From Lingula anatina (lineage: Eukaryota; Animalia; Brachiopoda), in assembly GCA_051362555.1 (NCBI GenBank), contig CM120645.1, positions 20,398,001-20,462,000 of the forward strand: DNA of 64,000 bases, in the 5' to 3' direction. This document shows, piece by piece, positions 49,640 to 60,891 of the stretch. The translations under genes and the position numbers were made by a program. Below the pieces are notes generated by a model. It did no database searches and had not been told where the DNA came from. It saw only the letters and a program-made list of their open reading frames with translations. Each line of letters begins with the position of its first letter. Position 1 is the stretch's first letter.

Positions 49640-49889
49640 AGAGTGGGTCCAGGATTATTTGAAGGGGGGTGGACGGGAAGCCAACCCTCCCCCCCCCCCC
49701 TCTTGGCGTGGAGTTCGGGGCCTGCTGAAGGGCCCGAGATTTTAGTATTTTAGAGGGCGAACGGTGCCATTGGGTACGGTTAAGAACTATGATTCAGCTA
49801 GTCAAAATTCTAATTTGAAGAGGGGGCCAAGAATTGAAGGGGGGGTTCAAGACCCCCTTGACCTCCCCACCCTCTAAATCCGCCACTGC
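49640..49889. mobile_element. hAT-like MITE
   Basis: Ends AAATCCGCCACTG with G/C-tract subterminal arms; absent from the paralogous upstream region near 56650. Confidence 0.5.
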
Positions 49890-50163
49890 ACCCATTCTTT
49901 GATTTGTACTCTGAACTCTTGGTGTACAAAACAAGTGAGGGCAAACAAACTGTTTACTTTCCTAAATCAATCTTAGAACATTTTAGCTTAAATGTTCCTG
50001 TTTAGGACTTGATATAACGCATTCATCTTAATCTTTATATCTAAGTAGGCTCAGTTGTTTTTCTTTCCCTTATATCTCAGTCAACGGAGAAAAAGACCAA
50101 AGGCAAGTAAAATCTATCGCCTTTTTTGACGTGGCAACAGTATCCCTCTGCAACATTGTCAAT

Positions 50164-52892
50164 ATGTCTACTTCTGCTGTTGTAATTACTAGTATGTTAG
50201 TTGCATCAGTCTGGCATTTTGGAGGAGCAAAAAGTGTTGACGACACTGCTTTTAACAAACTCATGGATAGGGTTCGTAACTTAGAAAGTGTGCTTCAGGT
50301 CCAGGGCCTCGAGAATTCACAATTTGAGACAGATATCAAGCTAATGAAAAAAGAGAATCAGCATCTTAAGGTAATGTAAATACCCAACAGTATTTCATCA
50401 TTATTAAATTATTTTTGAAAGATCACCTTAAAACTCATTTATTTATTTGTTATTAAATCTTCCATCCAATCAAGATTCTTTAGAAACGTTATTAGGCACA
50501 TTTGCGAAAAGCTAAAAGTCAGAATAAATATACATGTAGGTTATGAATTTCCAGGATTCCATACACAGCCTCCAGTTAACCCTAAATGATCACCCCAGTA
50601 ATGAAAAGGACGTCCAGTCAAAATTGTTGTCACCCATGAATGATGATCATAACAACGCATCAGTCACAGGGACTGTGCAGAGTAGGTGAAAATTACAAAC
50701 AAATACTGTATATTTGAGAAAATTAATATGAACGATTATTGCGATCTAGTGTGCACTTTGCCAAGCAATATCCATGTTAATACCTGTTGTATTATTAGCT
50801 TTCTTATTGATATTATAGAAGGACGTACACATTTTATGTGCATCTACTGTATTTGTCTTATTTTCATATTCCATGATTTTCTGTTTTTTTATTGTTTTTT
50901 TTTTTTTTTGTTTTTTTTTTTTTTTTTGTTTTTTTTGTTTTTTGTTTTTTGACACAAATTCTGATGCAGATGCATATTGTTTTCTAACAAAGTCAATATG
51001 TCCACTAGGGTTGTCTTTACAAAAAAAAAACTCGGTGTTTATATCATTACACTTTTTTATTCACTTAAAAACCATGGAAAAACTAAAAATCATCACCAAT
51101 GGCCATTTTATGTATAAGTCTATTTCTTGCCTCTCTCTCAGCTGTCGCGTGCCCTCAGGCATGCAGGGGACTCCCAGGCAGAGATGGCAGAGATGGTACA
51201 TCTGGGAATGATGGGAAACCAGGCAGAGATGGGAAACCTGGCGATGATGGGAAGCCCGGAAATGACGGGAAAGCAGGCAGAGATGGGAGACCAGGCAATG
51301 ATGGTAATCCTGGCAGAGATGGGAAACCTGGCAGAGACGGTAGTCGTGGGACAGAGGGCAAACCAGGCAAAGATGGCAGAGATGGTTTACCTGGCCAAGA
51401 CGGAGAAGGGATCCAGGTGAGAAAGATACGTAGATGATTTTTAATGTACATGCACATCCTGTCTGTGCATGTAACCATCTCTTGTCTTTGTCGTCGTCGT
51501 CGATAACATGGTACACTGAGAACAATAAAGTACAGGTTCATTTCAAAAATCAGCTGAATCGGACCAAGTGGCTTATGTGTCACACAGATGAGTTAATTTA
51601 TTTGTGGTGGTGGTAAGTTCTCATGTGGAAGATATTTGGGATATATTTAGTAAAGAGTTTGGTCACACTTTTATCTTTTATTATAATATTAATTTTTTCT
51701 TTGGTTTAGCTCAAGTAAAATAGAAAGCATACCAAAGGCAGTGTTATAAGGGTTCACAAAATTTATTTATATTTTGTGTTGTTGATAGGGTCCTCCCGGT
51801 CCCGCTGGTCCACCTGGTCCTTCTGTGACAGACGACAGAATCAAACAACTTATTCAAGATCTAGGTACACTTTACGCTTCTTTACTTTAAAGATGATATT
51901 GTCCAACGGTCTGCATGGACCGTACCACAATGGCTGTTTACGTATCCATAAAAATTACTCTTCAATTGGTAAAAAATTGGTTTCCATTTGAAAATGTTAA
52001 AATATAAGACATGCTGACCGTTGATATTGCAAAATGTAAACCATCTTATATAAATTTCAAGACAACGACATTCAACAATTTGCGTATTTTTGTATTGTTT
52101 TATAGGTTTACCACCTAATACGACAGGTGGCGGATCAGTGTACACGAGATGGGGGAGAACTAAGTGTGGTGCCTCTTCTAAACTTCTTTATGAAGGTAAG
52201 AACTGCATAAGCAATTACAGTCACGCAGTTTTTAAATTGAACCATTTCAAAAAATGAAAACATAATTTAACGGGGTTGTTAACCCATAATAAATTAATTA
52301 GGGTGCCATTTCATTAAGGCCTAAATCATATAACTTCCTCTTACGTATACTGCATCTACACATCGCTGTTGCCCTTTTTTATTTTGAAGGTTATACTGCT
52401 GGATCCTACTATGGTCAGAAAGGTGGGGCTAGCAACTACATTTGTCTCCCTCACGACCCACAGTGGGGCAAATACCAAGATGGTCTTCAGACTTCTGGCA
52501 GTTACATTTACGGTACAGAGTACAAAATGGGATACTTCACCAATGATCCTTTCCAGAGGATCAATGTTGGAGGCAAGAATTTCAAGGACCATGATGCTCC
52601 ATGTGCTGTTTGTTACACCCTGAACCGCACCAGTCATGTTATGATTCCAGCCTGGAAGACATGTCCTGCCGAGTGGACACTGGAATATCATGGCTACTTG
52701 GTTGCCCAATACTATTCGCAATATAGAACTGAATTTGTCTGTCTTGATGAGGCTCCAGAAGCAGTCAGAGGAGGAGAAATCAACAGAAATGGTGCCCTTT
52801 TCTATGTAGTTCAAGCCAAATGTGGTCAAGCTCTCCCATGTCCGAATTATGTTGAAGGGAGAGAGCTCACCTGCGTTGTGTGCTCCAAGTAG
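50164..52892 (+). CDS. Secreted short-chain collagen C4-like protein, copy 1 (~425 aa)
   Basis: Exons 50164-50370, 50555-50681, 51142-51416, 51789-51864, 52106-52195, 52390-52892: signal peptide, coiled-coil-like segment, CPQAC, Gly-X-Y run, then [48 protein letters not shown]-terminal domain. Confidence 0.9.
51440..51510 (+). repeat. Relic head of the HINE-like family seen at 1338-1450 (also at ~58362-58430)
   Basis: Degenerate TGTACA-CACA..TGT-CAT palindrome followed by (GTC)n, in intron 3 of both collagen-like copies. Confidence 0.55.
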
Positions 52893-54348
52893 GTGAAGTG
52901 TGGTTAAGTTGTCACGCAATTATGTAACTCGTGGCAGTTTGCAATCATTACAATACCCTTATGCCATGAAGTAATGAGAGCATTCAAGACAATATTCAGA
53001 GCTCTCTCTCCCTCTCTCATAATGAGTTCTCAATATATCCAGATTATATTGTCATTACACGGAAGGTTATCTGTACCTAGACTTGCGCCAACATTAAACT
53101 GTATGCCAATTACCAATTTTTACTGTACTCTGGTTGCACAAAATGAAATTCGGTTTCCATTTCTGATGGGGGTGGTTAATTCAATAACATGGAATTTGAT
53201 CAACAGTTTTCAGTTATTTGGTTTTAACAAAGATAATACAATACTGGGCAATATTCCTACTCGTGTATGTTGATTTCTCTTATTTTTGGCAATTTGTTTC
53301 TTTGTTTGTGTTACCTCCACTTCACTAGATGATAAAGAACTGGTATACGTATTTTAAAGCAATAATGTTGCCGAATCTGGTGCCACTTATGGATGATATT
53401 CAGATTAAAAATAATTAAGCTAACGACCTATATTCAGAAGATCTTATATTGAGAAACCAAAAGCATAAAGTAAGCAGTGTTAATCTCTCATGGGATCCCT
53501 TAAATGAAAGAATGCATAGGGTATATAGGCTACATGTGTACACTGTGCGTATTTTATGTAACTGTGAAATTTCAAAAGATTTTTTCCTGTAATGTCACAT
53601 TCAAGCAGATAATAAAACTTTACTCTTACACCATACTGCCAATGAAATTTATTTTTTAATCTTTTGCGATAAATATGCTGAGTTCTTTAACATTTAGGTT
53701 ACCCTACAACGATGATAGGTTTAAGATTGTAAGAAAAATACAGAGAAGGGTGTAATAATCTCCCTGCGCTATAAAGTGGCCAGGTCATTTTTCTCCATTT
53801 CTGCCACATGACACGCAGACGTGATTGTCTTGTATGCACTACGTACAATCGCTTATTTTAGCAATTCAAATTTTTGCACCCCCTCCCCCAAATTTTAAGC
53901 ATTTTGATCATCTGATTAGAAAAAATACTTAATTTCATTGATAAGTCTATTTATAATCAAGTTCCTTTAAACCATACTCTGGTTTCCTCCTTCCCTACCC
54001 CAGCATCATTACGTTCACTTGAATGGATAGGTACAAAGAGCAAAAAGCCGCTTGAAACGATTTTTTTAAAATTCTGTAGATTTTCTACGTGCCACTTTGT
54101 TGCTACTGAGTGAAGAAATAAATCTGTGACACGCACGTAACCGAATCTTCAGATTGGTCTTCAATTCACAATTCATCAAAATAATTCAAGGAAAAAATCT
54201 GATATTTGTTGTTCAGCGACACGATAAATTATTGAGACCTTTCCAAGGTGCATTGCCTCTCAATTCACTGTACAAATTTTATGCTCACCAGGGGCCCTAC
54301 TTATAATAACTTGGCCCTGAAATCTGCTGCATGCTTTTGAGTTTATTA

Positions 54349-55734
54349 CACACACTGGACAAAAGAATCTCACCCCCTAACTCAGAGTAATGAAAGTAGG
54401 CAGATCTTGGGTACTTGTAATGCCTGGTCTACTTATAATGTGACTAATGAGTATAAAACCGCTATACCATGGAATTGTATTGTTGGTCTTGTACATGTAC
54501 AGCAAATGTTATTCCTGTCTTCCTCCAGTATGGCAAGATACAGGTAATTATCTAACGGTTATAGGTGCAAGTTATTAACCTGAAGAGGCGGAATATAAGC
54601 AATGTCAGAATATCGATACAATAGAATTGTTCAGTCAGAACCGTGCAGAGGGTCTGGTCTCGGTATAGAAACACTGGATCAAGAGACAAATTGCCTCTGA
54701 TGGGTCGTCCAAGAAAAAATACTGGCCGTGAAGACCGACGACTGATTTTGATGTCCAGGTTGTCAAAGTTCGACACTGCTTGTCAGTTGACAACACAGTG
54801 GAACAATTTCACACATAAGAATGTGTCTGTGAAAATTCCTAGGCGTCGGTTACATGCTCAGAGAGTGTACAGCAGGGTAGCAAGACTGAAACCTCTTATA
54901 TCGTTACAAAACAGGCAACGTAGAGTAAACTATAGGGTCAACAGGATCTGGAACTGGACAGTTCATGACAATTGGTCCTATATATTTTTTCTGATGAGTG
55001 TCGCTTTGGTCTGACCTTTGATGACAGACGGGTACTATGCTGGCAAACTGCTGGTCAAGCATTTGAACCACATGCACTGAATTTTCGAACCCGGAGCAGC
55101 ATGTTCATTATGGTGTGGGGCTGCATCAGCATCCATGGCTTGGGCGAATTCATAGTGGTTAATGGAAACATGAATCACTAGAAATATATCGATGTTTTGG
55201 AGTCAGGCTTGCTACCATCTATTACTAACATGTTTGGTGAAAGGAATTATCCATCTGTTCACCAGGATGACAATGCTCCTTGTCACAGGCCCAGAGCAGT
55301 TGATGATTGGTTTGACCAACAGGACATTCGCAGGGTGATGTGGCCTGCCCAGAGTCCGGATACAAACATAATAGAAAATGTGTGGAATGATATGTCAAAA
55401 CTTTTTACAAATGCCCGTCTAACCAGCAGAGAAACTCTGTTATATTCAGTGTTTCATGCTTGGGCCAGCATAAGCCCTGAACGCATCAGATAATTAAATG
55501 AATCCTTGCTTCGTAGACTGGCACTTATTATTAGGTCACGTGGCTATGCCACTAAGTACTTATTTTGGACTTGAAACTACATATTTTGGTAGAATGTATA
55601 TTTTGTTTTCATTTTGTGATTTTTGTGAAATTTGATGTTAATAAAATGATACCAGGAGCATATCATTCCACAGTCATTTATCTCCCCCATAGTATTGGCT
55701 CAGTAGGGGTGACACTTCTTTTGTCCAGTGTGTG
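54349..55734 (+). mobile_element. Tc1-like (DD34E) transposon, full length with inactivated transposase
   Basis: TA-flanked TIRs CACACACTGGACAAAAGAA..CACCCC; GRPRK, FSDE, MVWGCIS, QDDNAPCH, WPAQSPDTNIIE (34 residues between D and E); several stops and a frameshift. Confidence 0.93.
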
Positions 55735-56743
55735 TATAAGTTGTGCTTACTAGGGGCCTAGATATAAAGTAACGCAACCCTGAATCTGAGCCATAGACTA
55801 AATCATAATAAGACATGTTGGCACTTATCAAAGAATACTGTTATCAGTTTCCAGTCTGATGAATTTCAAATTATTTATTCTGTGCATTTTACCAACAATG
55901 TGAAAAACGTTCAGATGATTTCTTCAAATTTCATTTTGAGAAAAAAAGTATATCTTACAACAACACATGATTTGACTAAGGGTGGCACATGGTTTAAAAA
56001 ACACAGTAGATGAGTATAGACTTCATCATAGTGTAAATTTGTTTTTGCGTTTTTCTGCTCGGGCACTTTTAACCTATCATAGTTGATTCTATAGATGCGC
56101 TTTCGCTCTAATTTATGTATTTCATATACATGTACAATCAACACAGTGATTGTAATGAATCTTTAAAATATTTCTAGAAATGGTATCTGTTAACTTTTAC
56201 ATTTCAGACACTTATATAAGATTTTTTTTTGTTATTTGAATCATATTTATGTTAAGTTATCCTCCACTTTACATATTTGCAGAAAGAAAAAAGAAATCGA
56301 GTTAAAAATACTCAATGTAATCTAAGGGTGGGATATCATAAGAAGAAGGCCTACACGCTGTGACATCCAGTCATTACAATCTGTCCAATCCATTTGATAT
56401 GCAGCTACTGGTATATAAATGTCCTCTTGGCTTGATTCAACATTATACATTGACAAAGTAGAGCTGATGAAAAGAAAGCAAGGACATGATCAACTCATCC
56501 AAACAAAACACTATCTCAGTTCATCAATGATATCTTGTTCCATGCTGGGTTCTACACAATATCAACCTCAACATTTTCGTTCTAAAACTAACTCCAGGAC
56601 GTGGACGTTTCACATGGTATTCATTACCTAAATCAGACACCATTGACCCAACACCTGTTCTTCTGAACACCTGTTCTTCACCTGATCTGAACCCTGGCTC
56701 CATTAAACAAGCGAGGATACTAACTCTTTACTTGCTTCAATTA

Positions 56744-56958
56744 GAGTGCATTCCCAGAGATTTAGATCGATCCATCCGGATCGCCCTAACTCCCTGGGAG
56801 TTCACGCTAAATTGCAGTCAGCCGAGCGCGCACGACAGTTAATTAACCCCTTACAGCTTTTAGTAGGCGGGACAGACGCTTAAGCCGGCTAAGAGGACAG
56901 TAATCTAGTGAGACTCCCCACAGGGATAGATCGATCTAAAATCTGTGGGAATGGGGTC
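56744..56958. mobile_element. PIF/Harbinger MITE, family A, copy 3
   Basis: TIRs with TTA TSD; absent at the homologous position upstream of collagen-like copy 1 (~49965). Confidence 0.88.
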
Positions 56959-57156
56959 TTAGTCTTAAAACATTTTAGCTAAATCGTTCCTGTTTAGAAC
57001 CTGATATAACCCAGTCGACTTAATCTTTTGTATCTAAATATGTTCGGTTGTTTTTCTTTCTCTTATATCCTAGTTAATGGAGAAAAAGACAAATAGTGAG
57101 TAAACATCTACCGTTGCTTTGACGTGGCAACAGTGTCAATCCGAAAATTTTTCAGT

Positions 57157-60100
57157 ATGGCCACTACTGCTATTGTATTTATGTTAGTTGCGATCTGGCA
57201 TCTTGGAGGGACAAAAGATGTTGATGACACTGACTTTAACAATCTCATGGATAGGGTTCTCAGCTTGGAAAGAGTGCTTCAGGCCCGGGGCAACAAGAAT
57301 GCAAAATTACAGACAGATATCAAGCTAATGAAAAACGAAAATCAGCATCTTAAGGTATTGTAAACAGTCCATTGTATTTAATTCACAATAATAAATTCAT
57401 TTTGAAAGATCAACTTAACTGATAAGTGATATATCTGTCATTAAATATCATATCCAATCAAGATTCTTCATATATGCAGGTGCTATATGCACAGACATTT
57501 GCGAAAAGTTAAAAATCATTTAAAAAAACTGATCCTCATGATTTTCCAGGATTCTATGAACAGCCTCCAGTCAATCCTAAATGATCACCCCAGTGATGAA
57601 AAGGATGTCAAATCAAAATTGTTGTCACCAATGAATGATAATCATTATAACGCCGCATCTGGCACAGAGACAATTCAAAGTAGGTGAAATTTAAAATATA
57701 TGTAATCATATTGTTTAATTTGAAGAAATTATTGTGATTTAGTATATGCACTTTGCGGGTAATGTCCAAATCCATACCATGTTGTACTTGTATTATTAGC
57801 CTTATAACTGAATTCATGATTTTGTAGGAGTATCGACTGCGTTCTTTGGTTCCTTTTTTATTATTTAATACAAAATTAAACAGAAATCCATACTTTTGAA
57901 GTGATTTTATTTTTACCTGATTGTCTGATAAAGTTATTTTGAAGTCGCTTTACAAAAAAACTCGGCGTTTGTATTACAATACTGTTTTATTTTCTTAAAA
58001 AGCATAAAAAATAATAATCATAACTAATGGCAAATTTTAAATAATTCCTTTTTTGCCCTCTCAGCTGTCGTGTGCCCCCAGGCATGCAGGGGACTCCCAG
58101 GTAGGGATGGTAGAGATGGTACACCTGGGAATGATGGGAATCCAGGCACAGATGGGAATCCTGGCGATGATGGGAAGCCCGGAAATGATGGAAATCCTGG
58201 CAGAGATGGGACGCCAGGCAATAATGGAAATCCTGGCAGAGATGGGAATCCTGGCAGAGACGGTAATCCTGGAACAGAGGGAAAACCAGGCAAAGATGGC
58301 AGAGATGGTTTACATGGCCAAGACGGAAAAGATCTCCAGGTGAGAAATTGGGAATATGATATTTTATTGTACAGACACATTTTCACTGTACATATTGCCA
58401 ACTCCTGTGCCCGGCGTCGTCATTTTCAATGTATGACTTTAAAACCCCATGGACCTGAAACCATATGGTTTATACGTTTTCCTGGAAGTAAATATGTTAC
58501 CTGTTGAAAATGGAGGTCTTTATGTTGTTAAAATTGTGTTTTATGACAGAAACCCATTTTTTATTTTTCACACATCGGCATATCTAGTGAATAACTTTGA
58601 ACTCTCATGGGATTAAAGGCCTATTTCATTACCTTATTCTGCATGACTTTGTTATCTTTGCGGCATGATTAAAATTTGGCGGTGAAAATGTTGTTGAGCA
58701 TTATGTAATATTGCATCCATAATAGACAAAATAACCTATTTTTTCTTCCTTTTTTCTATATTATATTTTCACATTTAGCAGCTGTGCTGGCTTGTTTTAA
58801 TTCACTTGATTTGCGTTTCCTGATAATTCATTCATTTACCAAGATTTTTAAAAGCACGAAAGTTAGTGTCAAGTTTGTAGTTTCGTGTTTTTAACGATTC
58901 TTACCAACCAGAAACTAGTGCCACGGGAGATGCTCGAACGGTGACACGATTTCAACAGTGACGACCACGGGTCGATTGAATTTTGCCATCTACCTCACCT
59001 TTCCCGCTCCCCCTCAATTGACTCTTGTTAAGGTAGATCGGTCGTTACGTAATTTGACGATTTGCGCAATTTCAGCGCATCGTCAATCGTCTCTAACGAC
59101 ACTTCAGTCTGTTTTATTAATTTGAGGAAATAATCCTCAAATAATTATCTACAGACTTGACATTTAATATGGAATATTTTTTTCCTAATCATTTTTCATC
59201 AGTTTTTTCCTATTTTGCTGACTGATAAATGAAAATAAAGATTAAAATCGTGTTTAAATAACTTTATATTATCTCTTTGATGTCATGGTAGCATCAGTTC
59301 ATTGATTGAATTCGACAGTGAAGCAAACAGAAATACATTGCTTATTCAATGTCATACGACATCCATTAAAAGAGATATCTTGGATCTCCATATTTTCCAA
59401 ATTATCGTCTGTAACAGAGTTCCACGCTCTACAAAGGACCCTCATGTCAGTGTCTAGTCATAGTAATGGTCACTGTTACGCTTGGCCTCTTCTGGCTGTT
59501 ACCAGCGCATTCAAGCGGCAATGCATTTCTTGGGATAGGTTTTTAGAGTTCAATCTGGAATAACATTCCAGGAATCGGTCAAAAATTGTCCAATTTGGTC
59601 CAGTTTTGTTGTAGGACATGTAGGCCGTTGATTAGGCGAGTAATGAACTACACACATATTGACTATACGGTTCAAATGTAGCGATTTTGATGGCTAGGGT
59701 AGTTTCTCATTCCCATGGTTCTGTAAGTTATCTGCTATTAAAAGTGCTCTTTGTGAACCAGCAAACTCACCGTGCAACCTAAAATTGTTCTTAAGTTACC
59801 CCTTATCAAATTATAGTCAAGTGGTTCCCAGATTATTCCTTTATTTGATCTGGTTAAGATTTTCGTCGATGACTACCATTGGTGTTTTGGCACCAATGTG
59901 GTATCCACTCCAAATACTGACGCTGTCAATGACTCGAGTCACTTTAAACGCGGCACACACTTCGTCGTAAGCCTCTTCTGGATGTCTGTAAACTCTGTAT
60001 CGACTAGTTGGGCGGTACAGGTGAAATCTGACCTCAATAAAGAAAGTCATGAGGTTCCAGTGTTCTACCCAGAAACGGTCATGGCCCCCAATTCATTAGA

Positions 60101-60849
60101 GAAACAGACGACGATGTTTTGCTGTTTACAGTGGGTACCTCGGAGGTTGTCTGGTATTCTAACCTGCTAAAACCAGTTTGGTGTTCGCTAAGGTCCTTGA
60201 AAAACGCATTTTGGTGGCAATTTACCCCTCATTCTGAACGGACTGGGTGGGTTTGTGTAGTTGCAGCAGCATATCCTGAAGGACAGTGAGTCCTGCACCC
60301 TGGTGGTAAGATGTCGATACATTGGGCGTGGCCTATGTGTGGGTACTTAGGTCTGGGCATTACTCTATAAAACTGTGCGGACCGTTCCGTTTGGCGCTAT
60401 AATCTGTATGGTAATGTCTGTCTTTTTGGAGCCATTCTGCCACCGATTAACAAATTTGTAAAGCACCACTTAGCTCATTTTACGAATTGCAAAACTGACC
60501 GATTGCATGCACAATTTCAAATTCTTCTGTGCAGTAGTTGCCGACATATGGATACTTTTTTGACAGTACCAAGCTTTGCCTAAGCCAAGCTTTGACCAGC
60601 CCAAAGGCACACTACCCAATTAAATCACTGCATATTACATAATGTATCAGCGCAACAGACATGGAACTCAGTTAATTGGTAGCGACACACCTAACTACAC
60701 ACTTCTCCATTCACAAATCGTATATGAGATGGGAGTTTTTTGAAAAAAGAACGCATTTTTACCTAGGCATACCTTCGAAACTGATATATTCCATATTAAA
60801 TGTCAAGTCTGTATAAGATAGATAGATGTCTCTCCACACACACACACAC

Positions 60850-60891
<42 letters not shown>

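Noticed and set aside
51061-51583. Minus-strand Pro/Ser/Gly-rich ORFs (also 58024-58401)
   Set aside because: Antisense shadows of the Gly-X-Y collagen exon.
52356-52919. Long minus-strand ORFs conserved in both duplicates (also 62622-63173)
   Set aside because: Antisense to the last collagen-like exon; conservation is explained by the sense gene and the conversion tract.
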